A stretch of 64,000 nt of DNA from Planctomycetota bacterium (GTDB lineage Bacteria; Planctomycetota; UBA8108; SXIK01). Shown here piece after piece: positions 39,057 through 47,993 of the stretch. The translations under genes were made by a program, and so were the position numbers. The DNA lies in the NCBI GenBank assembly GCA_965223265.1, contig OZ244999.1:5408001-5472000 (forward strand), written 5' to 3'. The notes below the pieces were generated by a model that did not search any database, was not told where the DNA came from, and worked only from the letters and a program-made list of their open reading frames with translations. Within the stretch, counting starts at the first letter, position 1. Every line of letters begins with the position of its first letter.

Positions 39057-39278
39057 ATGAACTTGCGGCGCGTAGATCCTATGTCGAGTCGCGTACGACC
39101 GCCAACCGAAAACGTCGCCAAGCCCCAAAGCGACCGCTTAGCAAGTGAGACGCGGTCGCTTTGGGACGAACGAGAGACGCGCGCAGCGGGCCCTCAGCGA
39201 GGCCCATTTTTCCGTTGTCGGCCCGAAAACCATGGGCTACAAGGTCCATCGCAAGGTCGGGCAACCGGCCACGAAGGT

Positions 39279-39354
39279 GCGCCCGTAGCTCAGTCGGAAG
39301 AGCAACAGATTTCTAATCTGTAGGTCCCAGGTTCGAGCCCTGGCGGGCGTGCCA
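39279..39354 (+). tRNA. tRNA-Arg (TCT)
   Basis: GCGCCCGTAGCTCAG..ACAGATTTCTAATCTGT..GGTTCGAGCCC..CGGGCGTGCCA. Confidence 0.95.
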
Positions 39355-39435
39355 TTTAGACGCAATGACTTACGGAGCATGCCGGTGTCCTCAAGCTCGT
39401 CGCTTTAGACGTCGATTAGACGTCCCGGTTTGACG
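39355..39435. other. att-like remnant: IHF-like site and integrase arm-type direct repeats
   Basis: CAATGACTTA at 39363; TTAGACG at 39356, 39405 and 39416; TTTGACG at 39429. Confidence 0.5.
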
Positions 39436-39483
39436 CCTGAGCCACTTAAGTAAGTCCGATTCGAGGTACAAATACCGCCTTCC

Positions 39484-39809
39484 ATGAGGGCATCGACAGT
39501 CTGTGGGTTCTCGGGGCCATCGTGGCGGTGGGATGCGCAAGCCATCAAATGGTCAACCCGGCAATAGCTGACGAGCCGGTCGTATCGAAGATCGTGAAAG
39601 GAGAGACGAGCAAGACTCAAGTTGAGGAGCTGATCGGTAAGCCTACAGCCGTGGAATTCACCGACGGTGGCTTAGAGAAGTGGGCCTACGTTCATGCGGA
39701 CACGTCGTACTACGGGCTAGGCTACGCCGCGAAGAGACACACCCTCACCGCCGTCTTCGACGATGACGGGACAGTCAAGCACGTTGGCAAGGGGGAGCTG
39801 GACCATTAG
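39484..39809 (+). pseudogene. SmpA/BamE-like lipoprotein with a frameshift in its signal peptide
   Basis: IVKGETSKTQVEELIGKP..EKWAY..L...FDDDGTV domain. ATG 39484 is one base out of frame with LWVLGAIVAVGC. Confidence 0.6.
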
Positions 39810-39827
39810 AAGCACAGGGAGGTGGTC

Positions 39828-40535
39828 ATGAAGGCAATTCTTAGTTTTTCGATCTTGTGGGCGACACTGAGCGTGGGTTGCTCTTTCAATCCTTGGGTTC
39901 ATTCATCGGTCACGAATACTTGCGCTGGGGCCTCCGTCGAAATTGAGTGGTTTGGTGACGGAGCTCAGAACTTAGTTCTTGAGGTCATTCCCCACGACGG
40001 GTCTGCACCCTCAAGCACCCCGGTCTCTGACAGGGGGAAGAAGACGATAACAGTGCAACGTTCGGCCAAAATCTGCATGATCGGAACGTACGACGGCAGA
40101 CGAGAGCCGCGTTGTCTAGATGTCAACGTCGTTCCCAGGACCGGAAAGCCAGCTGACCTCACGTTGAGGCCACGCTGTGACAAGAACCTCTCGCCCGCCA
40201 ACTTCGAATGGTCCACGTCAGTGTCACCAAACGAGTATGCTCCTGTCGTTACTGTCGGAACTGTCACGAATCTGAGCGACCGAGCGTTGACGGTGTCGCA
40301 TCAGGGTCAACCACCCAAACTTCTCAGGCCACACGAGTCTTCCCAACATTGGTCAGGGGTGCCGTATGTTGGAGATTGGATTGCGACTGGAAGACTGAAA
40401 GACTTCAACAGCGGCGTGCAGTCGGTCGAGGACTGCGGAGCACCGCAAGGTTCGGTGAACGTGCCAACCACTGGCGGCAGTGTCTACCCGGAGAGCGTCA
40501 ACCTTGGTGTCCAGATCTTCTGTGCCGGTCCCTGA
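39828..40535 (+). CDS. hypothetical lipoprotein
   Basis: GGAGGT RBS; MKAILSFSILWATLSVGC lipobox; beta-rich and Cys-containing. Confidence 0.8.
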   Translation: MKAILSFSILWATLSVGCSFNPWVHSSVTNTCAGASVEIEWFGDGAQNLVLEVIPHDGSAPSSTPVSDRGKKTITVQRSAKICMIGTYDGRREPRCLDVNVVPRTGKPADLTLRPRCDKNLSPANFEWSTSVSPNEYAPVVTVGTVTNLSDRALTVSHQGQPPKLLRPHESSQHWSGVPYVGDWIATGRLKDFNSGVQSVEDCGAPQGSVNVPTTGGSVYPESVNLGVQIFCAGP

Positions 40536-40574
40536 GTCGGAATCGCCCGTCAACGGACTCAAAGTCAACTACTC

Positions 40575-40808
40575 ATGAACGCGCCCGACCTCACCGCCGA
40601 GATCCTGGTCGACGAAAACGGCAAGAACGAGTACGTCCTCCGATTCCCAGGCGGCAAAGAAGGCCGCTGGAGCGGACGCAACGCGCGCATGCTCGAACAG
40701 ATGATGGAGAGCGGCGGCTTCGAGTTTCACGACCTGCCGCAGAGACGCTCAAGGAAGATCCGCTTGAGTTCGAGCGGTGTGGCGTCGGTGTTGATGAGAT
40801 CGAGCTGA
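40575..40808 (+). CDS. small hypothetical protein (possibly truncated)
   Basis: 77-aa ATG ORF with GC3-rich codons in its 5' part. Confidence 0.5.
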   Translation: MNAPDLTAEILVDENGKNEYVLRFPGGKEGRWSGRNARMLEQMMESGGFEFHDLPQRRSRKIRLSSSGVASVLMRSS

Positions 40809-40823
40809 TCTGAAGGCAGAAGC

Positions 40824-40890
40824 GTGGCGAATCCCGAGCACCTTGAATTCCTGAAACAAGACGTCGAGAAGTCGAGAAGCGGAACGAAGG
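40824..40890 (+). pseudogene. 5' stub of a 'MANPEHL..LKQGVE.WN' pentapeptide-repeat (often TIR) gene
   Basis: GTG-ANPEHLEFLKQDVEK, then an 8-bp duplication GTCGAGAA shifts the frame. Confidence 0.6.
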
Positions 40891-40942
40891 CTCTCCCAGG
40901 GCAGCCTTCTACCCTACCTATACCGATAATGTGGAGGGCGTT

Positions 40943-41437
40943 ATGAGGGGGATTCTCACTCCGTCGGTTCTGTACGTCTTCGCCGTCGTGGCTTCAGGCG
41001 TTTCTTGCAGCGAGTACGAGATTAAGAAACTGCCATACGACCGACAAGAGTCCTTCGAGCTGGGAGTCGTACAGAACACCGGGCGCTTCTGTGTATACAG
41101 CAGCAGAGATACAGCGTTCAGTGCCGACCTGTCAGGCCATAGCATCTACGCGATCGAAGTCGAGGGGCTAGAGTCAGCGCTGACGCCTGCCGAGATTCGA
41201 GTCGTCGCGTGGACGACGGGTAGTAACGTCAACCCGCCGGATCTTCTGACCAACTGGACTGCTGTCGACCCTTCCGATGGTGAGGTTTGGTTGTTCAGGC
41301 TCGAAGGCGCAGAACTTGGCGATCTTTCTACCGCGAGCGGCTCTTCCGTCGTATTCGCCGTCGAAATCTTCCCAGGGTCGAACCAGTGTGAGGAGTTCCT
41401 ACCCATGGAGTTTCGACTGGAACTTCTGCATCGATAG
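40943..41437 (+). CDS. hypothetical lipoprotein
   Basis: GGAGG RBS; MRGILTPSVLYVFAVVASGVSC lipobox-like signal. Confidence 0.72.
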   Translation: MRGILTPSVLYVFAVVASGVSCSEYEIKKLPYDRQESFELGVVQNTGRFCVYSSRDTAFSADLSGHSIYAIEVEGLESALTPAEIRVVAWTTGSNVNPPDLLTNWTAVDPSDGEVWLFRLEGAELGDLSTASGSSVVFAVEIFPGSNQCEEFLPMEFRLELLHR

Positions 41438-41451
41438 GATGAAGCTCGACC

Positions 41452-41505
41452 ATGGTGAATCCCGAGCACCTGAAGCTCCTGAAGCAAGGCGTCGAGCAGT
41501 GGAAC
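41452..41505 (+). pseudogene. second 5' stub of the same pentapeptide-repeat gene family
   Basis: MVNPEHLKLLKQGVEQWN, then unrelated sequence. Confidence 0.6.
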
Positions 41506-41607
41506 GTCACCACCACCACCGGCGCTCACGGATCTTTCGGCACCGCTGGGTCAGAACTCGAAAGGCTCCGCAACCCGATCGCCGCAACTCGACAGAGGAA
41601 ACTATCT

Positions 41608-42498
41608 ATGACGCTTCGAACGAAAACGATCGCCTCTCTCACGTTACTTCTGGTTGGCGCTGTAGCGGCTGCGCGCACGCCCCCTGCGACTGCCGTGGAG
41701 AAAACGAACGAAGCCGTCGGGACCCAACAAGAGAGCAGCCGCCACATCGTCGTCGAGGAGGATCGCGTCTACGGGCGCGTCCACGGCGCAGCGTTGCTCG
41801 CGGACATCGCCTACCCAGTGCAGGGAGACCCGGTCCCAGCACTGATTTCCGTCCACGGCGGGCGCTGGCGCGGCGGCCACAAGCGCGACGCCTCGACGAT
41901 CAAAGTGCGGCAGTGGGCTCACTTTGGATTCTTCTCGATGTCGATCGACTACCGTCTCGTCGGCTGTTCCCCTGCCCCTGCATGCTACCAAGACCTTCAG
42001 TGCGCCATTCGCTTCGTGCACGCGCAGGCTAAGCGTTACAACATCGACACCGACCGCATCTTCTTGATGGGACAATCCGCCGGTGGCCACCTCGTATCGC
42101 TCGCTGCGACCATCGGCGATGGCCCCTTCGAACGCACCGGCGGTTGGAAGGAGGCGAAGAACGACGTCCGCGCGGTCATCAGCGTTGCGGCTAACTACGA
42201 ACTGACGACGCTCAGCTGGGGCGACATCTGGACGCCCGCGGAGGGCGACGCCGTCGCCGCCAGGCGATTCGCCTCCCCAGTCAACCACGTCACCAAGTCG
42301 ATGAAACCGATTCTGATCCTCCACTCCGACAACGACCGCTCGGTCCCCATCGAGAACGCGCTTGGCATGGTCGAGGCCTTAAAGAAGGCAGGCGCGACGC
42401 ACACATTTCACCGCTATCCCGAGATGGGGCACATGGGCATCAACGACGAGGTGATCAGGCGTTCACTGGAGTTCATCGAGGCGCAGTCAGCACGCTGA
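41608..42498 (+). CDS. exported alpha/beta hydrolase (BD-FAE-like esterase)
   Basis: GAGGA RBS, signal peptide, HGG, IDYRL, GQSAGG, HSDND, GH. Confidence 0.92.
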   Translation: MTLRTKTIASLTLLLVGAVAAARTPPATAVEKTNEAVGTQQESSRHIVVEEDRVYGRVHGAALLADIAYPVQGDPVPALISVHGGRWRGGHKRDASTIKVRQWAHFGFFSMSIDYRLVGCSPAPACYQDLQCAIRFVHAQAKRYNIDTDRIFLMGQSAGGHLVSLAATIGDGPFERTGGWKEAKNDVRAVISVAANYELTTLSWGDIWTPAEGDAVAARRFASPVNHVTKSMKPILILHSDNDRSVPIENALGMVEALKKAGATHTFHRYPEMGHMGINDEVIRRSLEFIEAQSAR

Positions 42499-42768
42499 CC
42501 GGCCCGTCCAGGTGGATTTTTGCGGCTCCTGCGATCGTAGCGTGCCGCACGCGCAGCGCTGAAAGAAAAATGCCCCACGATCAGCCAGCGGAGAACTGCT
42601 CCGCCGCGCCGTGGGGCGTACGCTCAATTCCTCACGCGCCTGAACGCGCGCTGCCTCGAGGTGACAACAGTCTCGATAAAAAAGAAATGCTCGCTTGGCC
42701 CAACGGAACTGAGCAAAAAGGCCGCTATCTCAGTCGCCCGAATTTGGCAAGCGGCTGACTCCTCTCAA

Positions 42769-44826
42769 TCACAAACAGCTCGGATTGTCGTCGCAGCCGG
42801 CGATCGGCACGCAACCGCTCACCTCCATCCCTGGCACCGCGAGCGTGTGCGCCGGAAAGCCGCTGACGAACAAAAAGTTAAGCGCTGAAATGCCGTCCGA
42901 GATGTCAACGAGGCCGTCAGGTTGCCAGTCGATGAGCCCGATGTTGCCAGGATCATCCGGAGATCCGTCGCCGCAAGGAAACGCCGGAGGGGTACCGACA
43001 AAGAGTACCCCGAAAAGGCACACTGCGTCGGAGACGTCGACGGTGCCGTCTTGGTTGCAGTCGCCTGGCACCTGCAGGCCGTCGCCGCTACCGATCGGAA
43101 CGATCTTGAACACCCTCCCCGTATTGCCAACCGGTCCGGCGTTAGCACTCGTCAAAACGTAGATTTCACCCGCCGCGTCCTCCCCAAACCCGAACAGGAA
43201 CTCACCGAGCGGTGCCCTGGCCTCACCGATGAGAAGCTCGAAGATCTGCGCTCGGTTGTCGCCGTCCATGTCGATCGCGAACAGTCGTCCAAGCGGCTCA
43301 CCGAATGACGTACTGAAATCGCCGAACACGTAGTGCCCGGCCAGCGCCGGGAGCGCGCTGCCGCGGTAGACGTGACCTCCAATGACAGCGAGGCCCTCGA
43401 GGTGATCATACTCCGAGATCGGGTCGATCAATCCTTCCTCTTGGCAGACGTCCGGCGGGTTCGAAGGGTTGGCGGGGTCGAAACAGTTCGCGCCTTCCCG
43501 CAGCACCCAACCGTAGTTACCGCCGTTGGTGACGATGTTCACTTCCTCGAAGAGGTTCTGTCCGACATCCGCAACAATGAGCTCGTTCGTGCCGCCGCTG
43601 TCGAAGGAGAAACGATACGGGTTGCGAAAGCCGTACGCGTAGATTTCGTCAAGCCCGTCCTCGTCGACAAATGGGTTGCCCTCGGGGATCGCAAACGGAT
43701 CGCCGTTGTCAACGTCGATGCGCAGAACCGAGCCGAGCGCCGTGTTGATGTTTTGACCGTGCCCCGTCTCGCCGTGAGTCGGCGGGTTGCTTGAAAGCCC
43801 GTCATCGCGCCCACCCCCGTCGCCGAGCGAGAAGTAGAGGAAGCCGTCCGGGCCGAACGCGACGTGTCCCCCATCGTGGTTGAACTCGGGCTCGTCGACC
43901 TCGAAGAGAACGCGTTCTGTTGGGTCGGCACGGTCGGGATCCTCGCTCGAGACCGCGAACTCGCTGAGGACCTCCTTATGACAACCGACGATAAAACCGT
44001 CCGGATCGTTGCACGGCTCGGCCGGATCGCCAGCGCGCGGCGCGCTGTAGCGTACGAAGAAACGTCCATTGGTCGCGTAGTCGGGATGAAACGCGACGCC
44101 GAGAAGGCCTCTTTCGTCGAAGCCTGGATTCACCTCCACCACAGTGCCGTCGAGGTCGAGAAACGGCTCTTCGAGGAGCTGTCCATTCTTGATGATGCGA
44201 ATGGTGCCGACCTGATCGACGACGAAGAGGCGGCCGGAGTCGTCGCCGGCGTGCGTCAGCATGAGCGGCGAAGTCAGCCCTGCGGCGATCTCCTCAAGAT
44301 CGAACGCGATGTCACTCTCGAGGATGGGAAGACGCACCGGGATATCGCGCGTGAACGAGAAGTCGTCGATGACACCCGCCGTGAACTCAACACGTGCAAT
44401 GTCCACGGCGACGTCGAACGTGACGAACTTATCACCAGGTGTGGTGGCGTCGTTCGAGGCTGCGGTGGCTAGAATACTGCCATCGGCACCGTAGGCGGTG
44501 GCAGTCCCCGCGGCGAAAGTAAAACCGTGGACGTAGAAAAACGTGACAGAATCCACCGGTGTGTCGAACGTCACTTGGGCGAGGTCCGTGTCGACCTCAT
44601 AGGAGAACCGACCCGACGCATAGAGCGCGAGGATGCCCTCGGTCTCGACGACACCGCCGCTCCAGTTGGAGCCGCGAAACGAAAAGTCCCGCGTGCCTTG
44701 CGGCGTGACACCGTTTTCGTCGAAGCGGTTTTCGAACTGGATCGTGATCGTCTCTTGCTCCAAGGCGACGAGTTGTGGCGTCACCAGCAGGGCCGCGAGC
44801 CCCAGAAAAAACCCATACCGTGTCAT
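42769..44826 (-). CDS. PQQ-dependent glucose/sorbosone dehydrogenase family protein with C-terminal dockerin-like domain
   Basis: ERGLLGVAFHP, NHDGG, FGPDG.LY..GDGG, YGFRNP.R, DVGQ, GGNYGW; tail GDCNQDGTVDVSDAV..DG.VDISDGI. Confidence 0.9.
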   Translation of the reverse strand: MTRYGFFLGLAALLVTPQLVALEQETITIQFENRFDENGVTPQGTRDFSFRGSNWSGGVVETEGILALYASGRFSYEVDTDLAQVTFDTPVDSVTFFYVHGFTFAAGTATAYGADGSILATAASNDATTPGDKFVTFDVAVDIARVEFTAGVIDDFSFTRDIPVRLPILESDIAFDLEEIAAGLTSPLMLTHAGDDSGRLFVVDQVGTIRIIKNGQLLEEPFLDLDGTVVEVNPGFDERGLLGVAFHPDYATNGRFFVRYSAPRAGDPAEPCNDPDGFIVGCHKEVLSEFAVSSEDPDRADPTERVLFEVDEPEFNHDGGHVAFGPDGFLYFSLGDGGGRDDGLSSNPPTHGETGHGQNINTALGSVLRIDVDNGDPFAIPEGNPFVDEDGLDEIYAYGFRNPYRFSFDSGGTNELIVADVGQNLFEEVNIVTNGGNYGWVLREGANCFDPANPSNPPDVCQEEGLIDPISEYDHLEGLAVIGGHVYRGSALPALAGHYVFGDFSTSFGEPLGRLFAIDMDGDNRAQIFELLIGEARAPLGEFLFGFGEDAAGEIYVLTSANAGPVGNTGRVFKIVPIGSGDGLQVPGDCNQDGTVDVSDAVCLFGVLFVGTPPAFPCGDGSPDDPGNIGLIDWQPDGLVDISDGISALNFLFVSGFPAHTLAVPGMEVSGCVPIAGCDDNPSCL

Positions 44827-45206
44827 GGGGAACCTCTCTTCTGTTTCGACCCTAAGAACCGACCGCAAGCGGCGGTCGGCCCATTCCCAACCAACGAAGA
44901 GCAGCAAACCGTGGGCCGCGGCGAAAGCCACTTCGCAACTCAGGATTTCGAAAGGACTTGCCGGCCAAGCCGAGCTTTGGTGCAAAACGCAGGAGCGTTT
45001 TTCGATCGCTCGACGTTCGAAATTCGATCAACCTGGGCGGTACACTCCTCACGGTCAGCGGCTCAGGGAGCCCGCTGGCAGACGCGGCGCGGGCGACCGC
45101 GCGTTAGATCAAATCGGCGCGGCGCATCGAAAAAGGCGAAGGAAATCGTTGATTCCCTTCGCCTTGAATTCAGGTCGTACAGTCTACAGCTGCAGCCAGC
45201 CGCCGC

Positions 45207-45923
45207 TCAGTCGCGCGACATGAAGATCTGCAGGATGTACCAGAACAGCGTCGCGACCGATGAGAAGAGCGCAAGCGATGCCGCGACATGCTGGTTGGTC
45301 GGGTAGTGGTGCAACACCTTGGAGGTGTAGAACAGGATGAAGCCTGACATCAGCACGGACATGCCGACCGCGAACCAGACACCGAGGCTGATCCCGAACA
45401 GTATCGCGCAGACGATCAGTCCGAGACCCAGGAAGCTTCCGATCGTCAGAGCTGAGCGCAGAAACGAAAAGTCCTTACCGGTGAAAAAGACGACGCCCGT
45501 CAGTCCGGCGAAAACGCAGAGCGTCGTGATCGCAGCGCCGGGAAGGACGTGCTCGCTCGAATGGAAGACGGCAATGTACAGAATCGGCACGAAGATGATG
45601 GACTCGGCGATCGTAAACAGAGCCAAGCCTGCATACTGCGTAGACGCAGCCGCACCACTTTGGGCCATGCGCTCGGCAACCCAGCCGACGAGAAGAAAGC
45701 CGCCAAAGATCAACAGATATCCAAAAGGCATCCCTAACGCGAACGACGCGATCGACTGTGCAATCGGCGTGTTGAAATAGAACGCCTCAAGCCCCACAAA
45801 GGCGAGCACCGCCCCGGCAAGATGCGCGTAGGTACGCTTAATGAAGGCGACACGCTCGGCAGGCACGGCATTGGCCGCGACCATCTGATCACTGTAAACG
45901 TCTGCGGATCCCCAAATGGACAT
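45207..45923 (-). CDS. Bax inhibitor-1/YccA family membrane protein
   Basis: R..FI.RTY.HL, about 7 TM helices, KDFSFL, A.L.LF....LFWYIL; GGAGGAG RBS. Confidence 0.92.
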   Translation of the reverse strand: MSIWGSADVYSDQMVAANAVPAERVAFIKRTYAHLAGAVLAFVGLEAFYFNTPIAQSIASFALGMPFGYLLIFGGFLLVGWVAERMAQSGAAASTQYAGLALFTIAESIIFVPILYIAVFHSSEHVLPGAAITTLCVFAGLTGVVFFTGKDFSFLRSALTIGSFLGLGLIVCAILFGISLGVWFAVGMSVLMSGFILFYTSKVLHHYPTNQHVAASLALFSSVATLFWYILQIFMSRD

Positions 45924-46260
45924 CGCAACTCCTCCGAATGGGTCGATCGCCAGCAATGCGCGGCGAGCTGTCTCTAACTACAACGGCTACTCGTGTAGAC
46001 CTCTTCGTCTTCGGCGCATCCGCACGCTTCGAGGCAGCCGAATGTTCTTCCGAAAACGCCGGGGATCCGAGGCCGGTAGAAAGCCCGCCTCGGCACACAA
46101 CCCCTTATATTATAGTTATCCCCTCGGAGCGGATCCGTCAATTCCTTGTCGCCAAAGTCGCCGGCACCGCCTCGCATACCGATACGCGGGCGGACACTAC
46201 GTCGTCAGCAGAACGGTGTACGATTTCTGGACGTCGGGGGTCCGCCCCAGCCGGACGCCT

Positions 46261-47886
46261 TCATTCCCCCAAGAACCGCTGCAGTACGTTGCGCGTGATC
46301 TGCGAAACGGGCTCGTCCACGAGCAACGAGGCGGGATAGGTGATCGATCCGACCGAGAACACCTTGCCGCCTCCGGCGTGCTCACAGCAGACGATCTCGG
46401 CGCCTCCACCGTCGGGATTGAGGCCTTTCGCCAGGAGCTCTGTGCCCATTGGCGACGACGGGCTCATTTTATCGGTTTCGTGCCCCGAAGCGCCGCCTGA
46501 GCAGCGTTCCTGCTGGTTCTTCCGACCGAAAATGTCGCCATCACGAAGCCCGGTTCCGGCAAAAACCCAGTGCGAGGCGTCGACGACGCGATAAGGCGCC
46601 GCGGTCATGATCCCGGTCTCCGTGCAGACGACTCCCAGAAGGTGCGCCTCCGACTCGACGCGGCGATCGAAACGACTCTCACGCCATCGCTGCGGGTCAT
46701 CCGAATCGGGCATCCCGAGAGAGCCATCGATGCTCAGAAGCTGCGAGTTGCAGCGCATGGTGCGCTCGTCGACGAACTCAACCTCGCAGTTGATGCCGTT
46801 GCCGCCGAGATACATGAGACGCCCGCCGCGCTCGAACACCCATTCTTTGACGCGTTCATACATGCGCCGCGACCAGTACTCGGGGTGCGTGCTGATGATG
46901 AGGACGCGGTAGGCGTCGAGGTCGAGCGCGCCCGTGTGCAGTTGGTGATCAGCGTAAAAGTCGTATGCACGTCCCTCGCGTTCGAGCCAGGCGAGCAGAC
47001 GCCATTCCGCAGGCGCAACGTGGCAGGCCGAGCGCCCAGCGATCGAATCGGTGACGCGGGTGTCCTCTGGGACGAAGTTGATCGGCTCGGGACGGTCGAA
47101 GGAAAGCGGTGCATACGCCTCGTCCGCGGACTGCCACTCGTTGAACGAGTCGCCGCTGTAGCGCACCAAATCGAGGCGTGCGTTGACCGTCGGCACGGAC
47201 GCGAGGCCAATCGACGCGATGTAGTGACTCCGACCGCCGAAGTTGTTGTACGCGTTCCAGGTGTTCGTTGACGCCAGAACCGCAATCGGCGCCGACGGCT
47301 GCGACGGCGCGACCACCCACGGAAACGAAAAAAAAGCCCCCGACTCGCCCTTGGCGTGAAAATAGTAGAGCCCGGAGCGCTCCGGCGCGGTGACAGACTG
47401 CGTGTGATGGGAGCTGAGGTAGCCGACTTCATTCCAGCGCACGCCGGTCTGTGTGTAGTCGCCATCCGGAGTGAGCTGCATCATCGCCCGCGGACCGTGG
47501 TCATCGAACCAACCGAGCAGCTGGACGAACTCGCGCTCAAGGCCGTAGCGCCACAGCGTCAACTGATACGGCTCGACGGCGTGGACACGAAACTCGCTAC
47601 GCTCGCCGCTGCGCACCCACTTCGGCCAGGCATAGCCGAGAAGCGAATCCGAGAGCAAACGAAACTGATGCGGCACGGCACCCGGTCGGATCGAGAGGTC
47701 GACACTCTTCGAGCCGTAGCCCTGCCTCGCCAGGGTGACGCGATAGTCACCGGGCGGCAGATCCGCGACAACCGCACCCCGGGCCGAAGAGCGTGCTGTC
47801 AGCAGAAACTCGCCTTCCAGCTCGAAATCGACGAGTACATCCGCGAGGGCGACAAAAGATTCATCGCTGACGTAACCGACCAACAT
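46261..47886 (-). CDS. N,N-dimethylformamidase beta-subunit family protein with N-terminal carboxypeptidase-regulatory-like domain
   Basis: TNTWNAYNNFGG, LSFDRP, HPEYWS, MYLGGN, E..LLGV, GHETD. Confidence 0.85.
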   Translation of the reverse strand: MLVGYVSDESFVALADVLVDFELEGEFLLTARSSARGAVVADLPPGDYRVTLARQGYGSKSVDLSIRPGAVPHQFRLLSDSLLGYAWPKWVRSGERSEFRVHAVEPYQLTLWRYGLEREFVQLLGWFDDHGPRAMMQLTPDGDYTQTGVRWNEVGYLSSHHTQSVTAPERSGLYYFHAKGESGAFFSFPWVVAPSQPSAPIAVLASTNTWNAYNNFGGRSHYIASIGLASVPTVNARLDLVRYSGDSFNEWQSADEAYAPLSFDRPEPINFVPEDTRVTDSIAGRSACHVAPAEWRLLAWLEREGRAYDFYADHQLHTGALDLDAYRVLIISTHPEYWSRRMYERVKEWVFERGGRLMYLGGNGINCEVEFVDERTMRCNSQLLSIDGSLGMPDSDDPQRWRESRFDRRVESEAHLLGVVCTETGIMTAAPYRVVDASHWVFAGTGLRDGDIFGRKNQQERCSGGASGHETDKMSPSSPMGTELLAKGLNPDGGGAEIVCCEHAGGGKVFSVGSITYPASLLVDEPVSQITRNVLQRFLGE

Positions 47887-47993
47887 TGGCGTTTCGCTCC
47901 TTCAGTTCCTGTCACAGCGGTCTTTTCGGTGCCTCGATTCGCACGGTGCGTATGGCCCCGATCCAATCGCGCCGCAGTGCTGCAGCGCGGTGC

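Noticed and set aside
39484-41505. integron cassette array
   Set aside because: No attC-like RYYYAAC..GTTRRRY palindromes between the genes and no integrase.
41452-41607. N-terminal extension of the esterase as real protein
   Set aside because: An RBS and signal peptide start at ATG 41608; the upstream in-frame part is a gene stub plus linker.
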